The notes: generated by a model not told the origin, from the letters alone. 64,000 bases of DNA from an uncultured cyanobacterium (GCA_963744145.1 CAVUSO010000001.1:1664001-1728000); one strand, 5' to 3'; shown: positions 15,232-26,983, counted from the first letter of the stretch. Numbers and translations: made by a program.

Positions 15232-15780
15232 ATGTTTTATTATAGTGTCATCACAAAAAATATAGCTAAGACGATCGCTCAAGTCAGCCTCATCTGCTTA
15301 AGTAGTTGTAGCTCATCATCTTCTGTCACCACTAATCCTAGTCCCACCGCAACTATTACTTCTGTAACCTCACCTACTCACCAAATTCCCGCTAAATATA
15401 TCTTAGTTAAGAATGCTGGTGTGAATGCTACTGTTATGGTCACTATCTATAAAGTTGATAGTCAATGTGAAAAGTTCATTCCTGAACAAGTCTCTCTCCC
15501 AAAAGAACGTGCCATGGACATCGCTGTGGGTCAAGTTATTCAGCAACAGAACACCGGTGACTTTAATTTAGAGGGTTATCGAATTAGCGTAGAACCTAAG
15601 ACCGCAATCGCTACAGTTGATTTTCGCTTGTCTGGGAGTTCTCAACGTCGATTGAGTTCTTTGTCGAGTTGTGAACAGATGGCTTTATTTGGGAGTTTGA
15701 ATAAAACTTTAACAGGTAATTCCCTCTGGCACATTAAAAAAGTCCGTTTTACTGAACAAGGAAAAACAATTTTGCTTTAA
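15232..15780 (+). CDS. GerMN-like lipoprotein
   Basis: Lipobox-like LSSC; ATVDFR...[16 protein letters not shown]erMN-like pattern; start uncertain. Confidence 0.6.
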   Translation: MFYYSVITKNIAKTIAQVSLICLSSCSSSSSVTTNPSPTATITSVTSPTHQIPAKYILVKNAGVNATVMVTIYKVDSQCEKFIPEQVSLPKERAMDIAVGQVIQQQNTGDFNLEGYRISVEPKTAIATVDFRLSGSSQRRLSSLSSCEQMALFGSLNKTLTGNSLWHIKKVRFTEQGKTILL

Positions 15781-15807
15781 GGTTGGACTACCTTGGGACA
15801 CTGAGTT

Positions 15808-15945
15808 ATACCAATTTTTGATGAAACTGCAGAGAATTGATCCCCCCAACCCCCTTAAAAAGGGGGAGCCGGAATTCTTGCGTCCCCCTTTTGAAGGGGG
15901 ATTTAGGGGGATTTAGATCTGTGCAACTTCACATTAAATTGGTAT
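15808..15945. repeat. MITE-like element with terminal inverted repeats and GC-rich inner palindromes
   Basis: ATACCAATTT...AAATTGGTAT ends; internal CCCCCTTAAAAAGGGGG and CCCCCTTTTGAAGGGGG. Confidence 0.7.
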
Positions 15946-16027
15946 TAGTCATCCAGCTCTAGACAGGAAAGCTAGAAACAATCTACAATCAGATTGTCCG
16001 TTTTTTTATTTCTGATGGCGCAAAATT

Positions 16028-16150
16028 ATGGATGTCAAATTAGTTATAGCGGTATTGACAGTAGTTTTCACCGTAGCTACCTTGTTTTTTGGCACTAAAA
16101 ACGGATTCTATGATTCAGATAACTATCATGGTAATGGCTCTGCCCATTAG
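16028..16150 (+). CDS. ndhP: NDH-1 subunit P (40 aa, below ORF-track cutoff)
   Basis: MDVKLVIAVLTVVFTVATLFFGTKNGFYDSDNYHGNGSAH; diagnostic C-terminal motif. Confidence 0.9.
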   Translation: MDVKLVIAVLTVVFTVATLFFGTKNGFYDSDNYHGNGSAH

Positions 16151-16689
16151 ATTTGCTTAGATCGTATTAAGCTTGGTCAAGACGCATTTGGGAAACAAGT
16201 GCGTTTTTTTTCCCGATCGGGTTATTTTAGCCAATCGATCGCGACAACCAGAGTTAACTGAACTTACACCCTCTTTGCTAAAAAAATATATTTAGATATT
16301 TTAAGTTTACCAAAATTCCATAAACCTTGAGTTATAGTCGTTGTAAATACTGATTTAACGAGGGTGAAAAATCAAAAAACTGCTAATTTTAAAGTTCTTT
16401 TAAGTATTTTCGCGGAGTTAATGTGATGTAATATACGGGTATCTATTTACCAACATTTACATAAAGAAACAGATCATAATCTGTGAAAATCTGTCCGTCA
16501 TCAGTAATTATACTCAATCAAATTGGGATAATAACTTTTGAGCGAAAAAAAATGTTTTTACTGCCATGGAGAAAATAGGAAAATTATTTTTCTGAGTTAT
16601 AGATTCAGTCAGCTCAAAGTAAGAAAATAGATGAAAGCTTACACAACTGTGTTTTACTAATCCATAAGGGTTCAAGGAATCATCAGACT

Positions 16690-17799
16690 ATGTTAGAAAA
16701 ACTTCCTCATTCTTTTGCTCCTAATCCAGATCAAGACCTCCCTACTCAGGGGGCAAAAAAAAATATTGTAGCACCAGAGAAAAAGTTTTTTATTTCGTTA
16801 CTCGTACCAGCTTATAATGAAGCTGTAATTATCAAAGAAAACCTAGAGCTACTGTATGAATACATGAAATCCCTGGAAGATGAGTATAACTGGGAAATAG
16901 TTGTAGTCAACGATGGTAGTAAAGATGAGACTGGAGAACTAGCTGAAGATTTTGCCAGAGATAAAGATCATATTCAGATCTTACACCATTACGTTAACGG
17001 TGGTCTTGGTCAAGCATTAAAAACTGGATTTAGTGCCTGTCAAGGGGATTGCATTATCACCATTGACTTAGACTTAAGTTATGCACCTGATCATATTGAG
17101 AGGATGGTCAGGAAAATGCAACAGACTAGAGCTAAAATTGTCGTAGCTTCTCCTTATATTAAAGGTGGTAAAGTTTCTAATGTCCCTTGGCTAAGACTAT
17201 ATTTAAGCATCTGGGCAAATAAATTTTTATCTGCTACTTCTAAAGGAGACTTGCATACTTTAACAGGAATGGTAAGAGCTTATGATGGAATATTTATCAA
17301 GTCGATTAATCTCAGATGTATGGGGATGGAAGTAAATCCAGAAATTATCCATAAAGCGCGAATGTTACGTGCTAAAATCGAAGAAATTCCCGCCCATTTA
17401 TGCTGGCACCCTCAACCGAAAAAGAAGGTGAAAAGACAGTCGAGTATGAAAATCTTGAAGCATACATGGGCGATCGTATTTTTTGGCTTTATTTTTAGGC
17501 CAGTTATGTTTTTTATTATTCCTGGGTTTATCCTATTATTAATTTCTATTTATGCCAGTATATCAACGGCCATTTTGGTATTTAATACTTATCAATTTGA
17601 ACCACATCATGCCATCGCGCTCGCTTTTGATGTATCCCCCCATTTATTTGTAATCGGTGGCATGAGTTTGATGTTGGCAGTTCAGTTAATGAGCTTGGGG
17701 ATTTTATCTTTGCAAAATAAGACTTATTTTGAAGAGATGTTTTATTTGGGGACAGCTATCTACAATTCTAAGCAAAATAATCAGGACCAGAATCAATGA
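16690..17799 (+). CDS. GT2 polyprenol-phosphate glycosyltransferase (ArnC/DPM1-like)
   Basis: VPAYNE, VNDGSKD and DLDLS; two C-terminal TM segments. Confidence 0.85.
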   Translation: MLEKLPHSFAPNPDQDLPTQGAKKNIVAPEKKFFISLLVPAYNEAVIIKENLELLYEYMKSLEDEYNWEIVVVNDGSKDETGELAEDFARDKDHIQILHHYVNGGLGQALKTGFSACQGDCIITIDLDLSYAPDHIERMVRKMQQTRAKIVVASPYIKGGKVSNVPWLRLYLSIWANKFLSATSKGDLHTLTGMVRAYDGIFIKSINLRCMGMEVNPEIIHKARMLRAKIEEIPAHLCWHPQPKKKVKRQSSMKILKHTWAIVFFGFIFRPVMFFIIPGFILLLISIYASISTAILVFNTYQFEPHHAIALAFDVSPHLFVIGGMSLMLAVQLMSLGILSLQNKTYFEEMFYLGTAIYNSKQNNQDQNQ

Positions 17800-19031
17800 C
17801 TAAAGATGTATTATCGCCAGAAAAGATTTTGACTCTGCCCTCAGATCAAGAAGCTTCAGGTCGAACTTTAGGTGAAGAAGAAATTGCACTACTAACTAAG
17901 GCAATTCACAGTGGTACTTTGACCAGTACGAAAGGCAATTTTGTGAAAACCTTAGAAACCCAATTTGCTAAATCTATTGGGGTTAAACACGCTTATGCTT
18001 GTGCATCAGGAACAGGTGCAATTCATGTCGCTGTTGCAGCGATCGACCCAGAACCAGGTGATGAGATCGTCACCACTGCGATTACAGATATGGGAGCATT
18101 AACACCCATTCTTTATCAAGGTGCAATTCCTGTATTTGCTGATGTCGATCCAAAAACTTGGAACGTCACCGCAGCGAGTATTGAAAAAAGTTTAAGCGAT
18201 CGCACCAAAGCAATTATCGTGACCCACTTATTTGGTAATCCCTGTGAGATGGATGAAATTACTGAATTAGCGCGATCGCGAAATATTCCCATCATCGAAG
18301 ATTGCGCTCAAGCATTTGGAGCTAAACATAACAACCAGCATATCGGCTCCTTTGGAGCAGTAGGTTGTTTTAGCTTACAACAAGGTAAACATATTACCAC
18401 AGGTGAAGGTGGAATAGTTACCACCAATGACGATGCTTTAGCTCGACGGATGTTTTTATTTATTAACAAAGCTTGGGGATATGGTGATCCCCAACCCGAT
18501 CATTACTTTTTAGCACTTAATTATCGGATGTGCGAATTGCAGGGAGCAGTAGCAGTCGGACAGTTAGAAAAATTAGACAGTGTTGTCCAGAGCCGAATTA
18601 CTGCTGCTAATAAACTAACTGAAAAATTGCAAGGACTAAAGGGAATCCAAACACCATGGGTGAGTGCTAAAAATGTTCACACTTATTGGAAATATTGCCT
18701 CAGTGTAGATGGTACAGTTATCCCTAATGGTCCAGTTGGATTAGCGCAACGCTTAAAAGAAAAAGGAATTTTCTCAGCTCCAAGATATATCCAAAAACCA
18801 GCCTTTATGTGCGAAATTTTCCAAAAACAAAACACTTTTGGTAAATCTCGCTTTCCCTTCACCTTAGCTCGTCCTGAAGCAGTTAATTACGATCGCTCCC
18901 TCTTCCCAGGAACTTTTGCTGGGTTAGAAAGCGTTTTAGTTTTACCCTGGAATGAACGCTACACTGACGAACATATCGACTATATTGCCAATTCCATCTC
19001 CCAAGTACATCAGACTCTTGTCGCTCAATAA
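17796..19031 (+). CDS. DegT/DnrJ/EryC1/StrS PLP sugar aminotransferase
   Basis: SGTGAI, IIEDCAQAFG, SLQQGKHITTGEGG and NYRM. Confidence 0.92.
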   Translation: MTKDVLSPEKILTLPSDQEASGRTLGEEEIALLTKAIHSGTLTSTKGNFVKTLETQFAKSIGVKHAYACASGTGAIHVAVAAIDPEPGDEIVTTAITDMGALTPILYQGAIPVFADVDPKTWNVTAASIEKSLSDRTKAIIVTHLFGNPCEMDEITELARSRNIPIIEDCAQAFGAKHNNQHIGSFGAVGCFSLQQGKHITTGEGGIVTTNDDALARRMFLFINKAWGYGDPQPDHYFLALNYRMCELQGAVAVGQLEKLDSVVQSRITAANKLTEKLQGLKGIQTPWVSAKNVHTYWKYCLSVDGTVIPNGPVGLAQRLKEKGIFSAPRYIQKPAFMCEIFQKQNTFGKSRFPFTLARPEAVNYDRSLFPGTFAGLESVLVLPWNERYTDEHIDYIANSISQVHQTLVAQ

Positions 19032-19076
19032 CCAGCAACAAGATTACTCATTCACACAGAATAAACTAGTAAAATC

Positions 19077-20120
19077 ATGGAAGAAAAAATCAAGTTCGGA
19101 CTGGTTGGTGCTGGAGGTATCGCTCAATCTTATGTGCAAGCATTTGGTAGTAGCGAACATGGTCAATTAGTAGCAGTTGCTGATATTTATCCGGAATTAG
19201 CACTACGATTAGCCGAAAAAATTCCTGGATGTCAAAGTTATGAGTCTTACCAAAAAATGGCGGAATCAGCTGATGTCGATGCTGTCATTATCTGTACACC
19301 ACCAATTAGTCACCCAGAAATCAGTCTCTACTTTTTAGAACGCAAAATTAACGTTTTGTGTGAAAAACCTCTCAGCGTCAATGTCCAAAGCGCCAATCTG
19401 ATGTTGGAAGGAGCAAAAAAAGCTGGTGTAATTCTGACGATGGCTTCAAAATTTCGCTATGTTAAAGATGTAGAAAAAGCCAAAAGCATTGTTGATTCCG
19501 GAATTTTAGGTGAGATCGTTTTATTTGAAAACGCTTTTACCTCTCGGGTCGATATGAAATCCCGTTGGAATTCCGATCCTAAAATTAGCGGTGGTGGAGT
19601 TTTAATTGATAATGGAACTCACTCCGTTGATATTATGCGCTACTTCCTTGGACCGATCGCCGAAGTGCAAGTGGTGGAAGGAAAAAAAGTGCAAGGATTA
19701 CCTGTAGAAGATACAGTCCGGATTTTTGTGAAAAGTGTTGCTGGTGTAGTTGGTAATGTAGATCTTTCCTGGAGTATCAATAAGGAAATAGATTACTATA
19801 TCCGGATTTATGGTTCTCTCGGAACTATTTCTATTGGTTGGAAAGAATCAAAATATCGTCAGGGATCTAACAACGAGTGGATTGCTTTTGGTACAGGTTA
19901 CGACAAAGTGCAAGCATTTCGCTCTCAAATCGATAACTTTGCTCAAGCAATTCGTAAAGAAGAACGTCTGATTATTACTGGTGAAGATGCGATCGCTTCG
20001 GTGCAAGTAATCGAAACTGCTTATGAAGCTCTACGTCAAAGTAATTGGCTTCCGGTTACCCAAAATTTAGCTTACCAGAAAAATGTTGAAGCTCAAGCTG
20101 AACCCAGTATAGTGGGCTAA
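19077..20120 (+). CDS. Gfo/Idh/MocA oxidoreductase
   Basis: GAGGIA, CEKP and GGGVLIDNGTH. Confidence 0.9.
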   Translation: MEEKIKFGLVGAGGIAQSYVQAFGSSEHGQLVAVADIYPELALRLAEKIPGCQSYESYQKMAESADVDAVIICTPPISHPEISLYFLERKINVLCEKPLSVNVQSANLMLEGAKKAGVILTMASKFRYVKDVEKAKSIVDSGILGEIVLFENAFTSRVDMKSRWNSDPKISGGGVLIDNGTHSVDIMRYFLGPIAEVQVVEGKKVQGLPVEDTVRIFVKSVAGVVGNVDLSWSINKEIDYYIRIYGSLGTISIGWKESKYRQGSNNEWIAFGTGYDKVQAFRSQIDNFAQAIRKEERLIITGEDAIASVQVIETAYEALRQSNWLPVTQNLAYQKNVEAQAEPSIVG

Positions 20121-20210
20121 TTAAATATTTAGTTTCAGTTAGGTTATTGTTCAGAAACTGAGTTTTTTTGGCAAAGAAAACTCAGTTTTACTTATCTACA
20201 GTTAGGGATT

Positions 20211-20837
20211 ATGGACATTCGCATTCATCCGACTGCTAACATTGAAAAAGATGTAAAAATTGGTGCTGGTTCGGCAATTTGGGATAATGTTCACATTAGA
20301 TATGCAACTCAGATTGGTGTAGAGTGCATTATTGGTGAAAAAACTTATATTGCTTATGGAGTAAAAATTGGTAATCGCGTCAAAATTAATGCTTTTGTTT
20401 ATATTTGTACCGCAGTCACAATCGAAGATGGAGTAATGATTGCTGCGGGCACAATTTTTACAAATGACCGTTTTCCTCGAGCCACAACAGTGGATTTAAA
20501 AGAGTTACGCAGTTCCGACCCCGATGAACATACTTTACCAACCTTAGTCCGGGAAGGAGCAACTATTGGTGCTGGATGTATCATTGGTAATGATTTAGAA
20601 ATTGGTCGTTTTGCGATGATTGGGATGGGTGCTGTAATCACTAAATCAGTACCTGATTTTCATCTCATGATGGGACATCCAGCTAAGTCAGCAGGTTGTG
20701 TATGTAGATGTGGACAATTACTACAACGTTTCTCTTTAGAGAATATTTGTGATTTTAATGAATTAGTTTGTAGTAGTTGTGGATTAAAATATGCAGTCAA
20801 AAATGGTACAGTCATTGAACTAACTCCACCATCATAA
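20211..20837 (+). CDS. Hexapeptide-repeat N-acyltransferase (WbpD-like)
   Basis: Left-handed beta-helix repeats, FTNDRFPR, C-terminal CxC...CxxC. Confidence 0.88.
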   Translation: MDIRIHPTANIEKDVKIGAGSAIWDNVHIRYATQIGVECIIGEKTYIAYGVKIGNRVKINAFVYICTAVTIEDGVMIAAGTIFTNDRFPRATTVDLKELRSSDPDEHTLPTLVREGATIGAGCIIGNDLEIGRFAMIGMGAVITKSVPDFHLMMGHPAKSAGCVCRCGQLLQRFSLENICDFNELVCSSCGLKYAVKNGTVIELTPPS

Positions 20838-20894
20838 AAGTTCCCTGCTTTTACCTGACTAACGCTGAAATAAATTATATCCAATCAATTAAAA

Positions 20895-22238
20895 ATGAAT
20901 AAATTAGAAAGCTGGGGTATTGTTGGGGGCGGAATTTTGGGGATGACTCTAGCTCTCCGTCTAGCTCAACAAGGTAAAAATGTAACTTTGTTCGAGAAAG
21001 CAGATCATTTCGGGGGACTTGCTAGTACCTGGTACATTGGGGATGTGCAGTGGGATCGTCATTATCATGTTACCTTGCTATCTGATACCAGGTTGCGATC
21101 GCTTTTAACCGAATTAGGTTTAGAAACAGAAATGGAATGGGTGATTACCCGAACTGGTTTTTATACCGATGGGAAACTATATTCCATGTCCAATGCGATC
21201 GAATTTCTCCGTTTTCCCCCACTAGGTTTAATCGATAAAATTCGGTTAGCGTTTACGATTATTTATGCTTCCAAAATTAAAAATTGGCGTGATCTCGAAA
21301 AAATTCCTGTCACTGATTGGTTAAAAAAATGGTCTGGTAAACATACTTTTGATAAAATCTGGCTTCCTTTATTACGAGCTAAGTTAGGTGAAAACTATCA
21401 AAAAGCCTCAGCTTCTTTTATTTGGGCAATTATCGCTCGGATGTATGCAGCGCGTCGGACTGGTTTAAAAAAAGAAATGTTTGGCTATGTGCGTGGTGGA
21501 TATGCACAAATTATTGAGCGTTTTGCTGAAGTTTTAACTGAGAAAAATGTCACGTTAAAATTAAATCATTCTCTCTCTAAAGTAGAGTCAGGTGCAGATC
21601 AGAAAATTAATATTCATTTTGAAAATGGACAACAAGAAACTTTTGATCGGGTGATAGTCACTACAGCAGCTCCCATTGCAGCTCAAGTTTGTGCAGGACT
21701 AACTCAAACGGAAATATCTAAGTTAAAAGGGATTGAATATCAAGGGATCATTTGTGCTTCCCTATTATTAAAAAAATCCCTTTCCCCTTTCTATGTTACT
21801 AACATTACTGATACTTGGGTGCCGTTTACCGGAGTAATTGAAATGTCCGCACTGGTCGATCGCAAACATTTTGGTGGTAATGCTTTAGTTTATCTCCCTA
21901 AATATGTGGTTCCAGATGACCCAGCTTTTGCTTTATCAGATGCAGAATTAGAAGAAAAATTTGTTTCTGCTCTCATCCAAATGTATCCCCATTTTGAACG
22001 GAGTGATGTGCTAGCATTTCGGGTGTCTAGAGTTAAATATGTCCTAGCAATTTCGACGTTAAACTATTCAGATATTATCCCACCCATACCAACTTCGATC
22101 CGCGGTCTTTATATTATTAATTCTGCCCATATTGCTAACGGAACTCTCAATGTAAATGAAAGTATCCAATTAGCCGAAAAAGCCGTTTCTGAAGTTTTAT
22201 TTGATCCGGCATATTCAGCAGAATCACCGTTAGAATAA
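20895..22238 (+). CDS. FAD-dependent oxidoreductase (amine oxidase/protoporphyrinogen oxidase-like)
   Basis: GGGILG...EKAD..GGLA Rossmann motif; DRHYH. Confidence 0.85.
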   Translation: MNKLESWGIVGGGILGMTLALRLAQQGKNVTLFEKADHFGGLASTWYIGDVQWDRHYHVTLLSDTRLRSLLTELGLETEMEWVITRTGFYTDGKLYSMSNAIEFLRFPPLGLIDKIRLAFTIIYASKIKNWRDLEKIPVTDWLKKWSGKHTFDKIWLPLLRAKLGENYQKASASFIWAIIARMYAARRTGLKKEMFGYVRGGYAQIIERFAEVLTEKNVTLKLNHSLSKVESGADQKINIHFENGQQETFDRVIVTTAAPIAAQVCAGLTQTEISKLKGIEYQGIICASLLLKKSLSPFYVTNITDTWVPFTGVIEMSALVDRKHFGGNALVYLPKYVVPDDPAFALSDAELEEKFVSALIQMYPHFERSDVLAFRVSRVKYVLAISTLNYSDIIPPIPTSIRGLYIINSAHIANGTLNVNESIQLAEKAVSEVLFDPAYSAESPLE

Positions 22239-22263
22239 AATCATACCAAACCACCAAAAACCT

Positions 22264-23232
22264 ATGAAACCTATCGCTAGTTTATCCCTCGATCTTGATA
22301 ATCAATGGTCCTATATGAAAACCCATGGTGATCCAGGTTGGGAAAGTTTTCCTTCTTACTTGGATATTGTTGTACCCCGGTTTCTCGATTTTCTCCAAGA
22401 ACGAGAACTCACCATTACAGTTTTTATTGTCGGTCAAGATGCGGCTTTAGAAAAGAATCATCAAGCACTCAGAGCGATCGCCAATGCGGGACATGAAATT
22501 GGGAATCATTCCTTTCACCATCAACCCTGGTTACATCTTTATTCTGAGTCAGAAATTGATAATGAAATTGCGATCGCTGAGGAAAATATTCAATTAGCTA
22601 CAGGGAAAAAAACCATTGGTTTTCGTGGACCGGGTTTTAGTATTTCCCGTGCGACTTTGCAAGTATTAGCAAGGAGAGGTTATCAATATGATGCTTCTAC
22701 TTTTCCGACTTTTCTCGGACCTTTAGCTCGTGCTTATTATTTTATGACCAGTAAGTTAAGCAAAGAAGAAATGGAACAACGCAAAGCACTTTTTGGCACC
22801 CTAGGAGAAGGTTTACGACCCTTAAAACCCTACCAATGGCGTTTAGATGCTGCGGAAATAATTGAAATTCCTGTGACTACTATGCCAATTTTTAAAGTGC
22901 CAATTCATTTCAGCTATCTGCTTTATTTAGCCATATTTTCTGCTCCTTTAGCACAATTTTATTTTCAAATTGCCCTGCTCATGTGCCGATTGACAGGAAC
23001 TCAACCATCTTTATTGCTCCATCCCCTCGATTTTTTAGGTGGTGATGATGTACCGGAATTAGCTTTTTTCCCAGCTATGAATATGCCCGCTTATAAAAAA
23101 ATTGCTTTGCTCAGTAAAACAATTGGAATGCTCTCCCAAGAATTTAAGATCGTCACTATGCAACAACACGCTCACCTAATAAGTGCTGCTAAAATTCCCT
23201 TAGTTGAACCCAATTTTCATCATCAAACTTAA
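22264..23232 (+). CDS. Polysaccharide deacetylase family (ArnD-like)
   Basis: SLDLD, HEIGNHSFHH, GFRGPG, YDAS and LLHP CE4 motifs. Confidence 0.88.
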   Translation: MKPIASLSLDLDNQWSYMKTHGDPGWESFPSYLDIVVPRFLDFLQERELTITVFIVGQDAALEKNHQALRAIANAGHEIGNHSFHHQPWLHLYSESEIDNEIAIAEENIQLATGKKTIGFRGPGFSISRATLQVLARRGYQYDASTFPTFLGPLARAYYFMTSKLSKEEMEQRKALFGTLGEGLRPLKPYQWRLDAAEIIEIPVTTMPIFKVPIHFSYLLYLAIFSAPLAQFYFQIALLMCRLTGTQPSLLLHPLDFLGGDDVPELAFFPAMNMPAYKKIALLSKTIGMLSQEFKIVTMQQHAHLISAAKIPLVEPNFHHQT

Positions 23233-23247
23233 TCAAGTTTAATCTTT

Positions 23248-24822
23248 ATGACCATCAAAATTCCTACATCTCCTATTCACATCGAGCCAAAATTAGTGAT
23301 TAGTGGATGTATATTTTTAAATCTGTTAATTTGTCTGATACTAGGAGCAAATCTCAATTTGTCTTCCGATGAAGCTTATGCTTTCCATACGACCGGAAGC
23401 AATCTTAAATATGCCTTCGATCAAGCAATAAATTTTGAATTGCAACCCCCCCTATATTTTATCATGCTCTGGGGGTGGCGCAGTTTAAAAAGTTCGATTT
23501 TTTTCGCCAGATTGTTATCGATTATATTTATTACGATCACCCTGACAATTCTGCCCAAAATATCCCGCAGGTTTTTGCCAGAAATTAATCCAGTCTGGCT
23601 CGTTATTTTTCTCGCTTTTAACCCTTTTGTAATTTGGGCTGCTTTAGAAATTAGAGTTTATGCTTTTGTCCTACTTCTGTCAGCTTTATTGTTGTTATTT
23701 TTTTTCGATGGTTATTTAGCAGAAATACCTCAGCATCGAGCTAGATGGTGGTATATATTAGTTGCCATCCTGGCTTTATATACACAATATTATTTAGGTT
23801 TCTTTTTAGTTGCTAATGCTTGTGCTTTGCTAGTTTTAAGACGTTGGCAAACATTACGTGATTATGTGATCGCAATGGTGCCCGTGGGAGTTTGCTTCAG
23901 CCCCATGTTATGGTTTTTTTTATCCCATAAACAGACTGAGCAACTTGTTTATGCACATACCCACACAAATACTGTAGAAATTATTTCTTTAAGCGATGTT
24001 TTTAAACTGATATCTCGGCGCATATTAGGGTTAATTTTGAGACCAGAATGGATTGGATTTGAACAGCGGGATAGTATCGGATTTTATCTGATTTTTGGGA
24101 TTGCGGTGATCGCGATCGGTTGGCAAACTATTAGATTCCGTCGTCAAATCACTTCTCCTGATCTGGCGATCGCAGTTATTACTGTAGTTTTGATCTTATT
24201 TTTTGTTCCCACCTTATATGTGGTCGGACAATATGGAGTCTTAAGTCGTCATGTAACTCTGATTTTATTACCATTAACTTTGTTAGTTTTTTCTGTACTC
24301 AAAGTATCAATCTTACCAGCTTTTCCCAGATTAGAAAAAAAACAAGTTATCATAGTTGTGATTGTGCTGGTACTAATATCACATCTATCTTCTCTGTATG
24401 TAACCTATGCAAACATGGCGAAACTAGGTGATCAAGTTCGCATTGCTGCTTATCTTCAAGCCCAAGAAAAACCAGGACAACTTATTGTAGTTTTTAATGA
24501 GTTTATCGCTCTATCCTTGGGATACCAATATACGGGCATCAATCCGCTCGTTACTTTACCACAAGAGTTAACTTTTGAAAAATATGATATGCACCAATAT
24601 GCCCTAGAAGATGAGGGACAAATTGTCAATGCTTTAGCTAAATTTCCTCCCGATCGCCGTACATCTATTTGGCTAGTTAAAACTAATACTTGTGCCTACG
24701 CTAATATTGATTTTCATTGTGAAATCTTAAATAATTTTGTTAATAAAAATTATCAAATTGAGATCCAGCAAGAATTTTATGGTGCAACCGTAGAATTATT
24801 ACATCGAAAATCGAAAAATTAA
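23248..24822 (+). CDS. GT-C membrane glycosyltransferase (ArnT/PMT-like)
   Basis: N-terminal DEA, PPLYF, RLLS and EIRVY; many TM helices. Confidence 0.8.
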   Translation: MTIKIPTSPIHIEPKLVISGCIFLNLLICLILGANLNLSSDEAYAFHTTGSNLKYAFDQAINFELQPPLYFIMLWGWRSLKSSIFFARLLSIIFITITLTILPKISRRFLPEINPVWLVIFLAFNPFVIWAALEIRVYAFVLLLSALLLLFFFDGYLAEIPQHRARWWYILVAILALYTQYYLGFFLVANACALLVLRRWQTLRDYVIAMVPVGVCFSPMLWFFLSHKQTEQLVYAHTHTNTVEIISLSDVFKLISRRILGLILRPEWIGFEQRDSIGFYLIFGIAVIAIGWQTIRFRRQITSPDLAIAVITVVLILFFVPTLYVVGQYGVLSRHVTLILLPLTLLVFSVLKVSILPAFPRLEKKQVIIVVIVLVLISHLSSLYVTYANMAKLGDQVRIAAYLQAQEKPGQLIVVFNEFIALSLGYQYTGINPLVTLPQELTFEKYDMHQYALEDEGQIVNALAKFPPDRRTSIWLVKTNTCAYANIDFHCEILNNFVNKNYQIEIQQEFYGATVELLHRKSKN

Positions 24823-24871
24823 TATGCTACTCTGAATTTAGCCAGATTTGCAAAAATACCTAGGAAAAATA

Positions 24872-25246
24872 ATGCTAAGTTTACCAGAATTAGGAATGCT
24901 GTTAATGGCAACTATCGGGAGTGTATCCGGACAATATTTTCTCAAACAAGGAGCATTAAAAATTGGCAAAGTGACTGCTAGTAATTTGGTCGGTCACATT
25001 TTGAGTTTTGCCACCACCCCAGAATTAGTGATTGGTATTACTTGTTATGCTCTGGGGGCGATCGCCTATATTTTGGCCATGACCCGGATTAGACTGAGTA
25101 TTGTTGGACCTTCCTTAGCTTTGAGCTATGTTTTCTCCGTTTTATTGGGCTACTATGCTTTTCACGAAGCAATTCCTGTCCATCGACTCTTTGGGTTAGG
25201 GTTCATTATGTGTGGTGTGATCCTAGTGGTGTGGGAAAAATCCTAA
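24872..25246 (+). CDS. SMR/EamA-like small membrane protein (ArnE/F-like flippase)
   Basis: About 124 aa, 4 TM, GQYFLK and LSIVGP..ALSYV patterns. Confidence 0.75.
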   Translation: MLSLPELGMLLMATIGSVSGQYFLKQGALKIGKVTASNLVGHILSFATTPELVIGITCYALGAIAYILAMTRIRLSIVGPSLALSYVFSVLLGYYAFHEAIPVHRLFGLGFIMCGVILVVWEKS

Positions 25247-25499
25247 GTTAAAAAAGCAATAATCTAAAAATATTATTAAGAATATTTGGCCTAGATGATG
25301 ATGTCCTCTAGTTTTTTTTGGCATAGATCCCGATATGTATAGTTTTGTAAACAAAAATCCTACCCAGTTAAAATTATTTTCATCATCAACTTGACCATCA
25401 GAAATTTCAGTGAGAACACAGGGGATCGCCTTTTTTTCACCATCTGGAGCGGGTTTTACTCAATGGACTGCATAAATTTTTGGGATCAAATTCTCCACA

Positions 25500-25538
25500 T
25501 TTACAAAACTTTACACATTTTTGTAATAAATTGTAATA
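25500..25538 (+). promoter_or_regulatory. HLR1-like (RpaB) direct repeats upstream of cpcB
   Basis: TTTACAAA-AC-TTTACACA followed by an inverted pair TTGTAAT-N3-TTGTAAT. Confidence 0.45.
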
Positions 25539-25785
25539 ACAAGCGGCTCAATAGCGTTGTATAAAAATAACCTGAAGGGTAGAGAGGACAGGCAAAAATA
25601 ATCAAAACACTGTTTTACCAGAATTATCTGGGTTCTCATAAAAAAGGTAAAATTTTCTAAGATTTCTCAAATCGACAGTTTGATCGCCGCAGCAGGGGAA
25701 GGTCAGGCCAAAAAGAGAGAAACTTAAAATCAGTGTAAAAAATGTCTGTCCTTGAACTTTCCAGGTTGTGCCATCCGCAGCTTGA

Positions 25786-26362
<577 letters not shown>

Positions 26363-26494
26363 GAATCAAACCTCTAATTAATCAGGCATTTCTGAGTCAA
26401 AGTTGAAAACTAAAAACTTCAACTAGAGACAAAGTTTGTCCCATCATTCTTGTCACTGAACACTTTGCATATAAATTAGGGAGACAAAACCAAG

Positions 26495-26983
26495 ATGAAA
26501 ACCCCAATTACTGAAGCAATTGCAGCAGCAGATACCCAAGGTCGTTTTTTAAGCAACACCGAACTGCAAGCTGTTGATGGTCGTTTCAAACGCGCTGTGG
26601 TATGTATGGATGCTGCTCGTGCTTTAACCAACAATGCTCAAAACCTGGTTAATGGTGCAGCTCAAGCAGTATACAACAAATTCCCCTACACCACCCAACT
26701 GCAAGGCAATAACTATGCCTCTACCCAATACGGTAAAGACAAATGCAGTCGTGACATCGGTTACTACCTCCGGATTATCACCTACGCTTTGGTAGCTGGT
26801 GGTACCGGTCCTCTAGATGAGTTCTTGATTGCTGGTTTAGCTGAAATCAACACTACCTTTGAACTCTCTCCTACCTGGTATGTAGAAGCTCTGAAATATA
26901 TCAAGAGCAACCACGGTTTGGGTGGTCAAGCAGCAGTTGAAGCCAATGCTTATATCGACTACGTGATCAACGCTCTGAGCTAA
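26495..26983 (+). CDS. cpcA: Phycocyanin alpha subunit
   Basis: [34 protein letters not shown]. Confidence 0.97.
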   Translation: MKTPITEAIAAADTQGRFLSNTELQAVDGRFKRAVVCMDAARALTNNAQNLVNGAAQAVYNKFPYTTQLQGNNYASTQYGKDKCSRDIGYYLRIITYALVAGGTGPLDEFLIAGLAEINTTFELSPTWYVEALKYIKSNHGLGGQAAVEANAYIDYVINALS

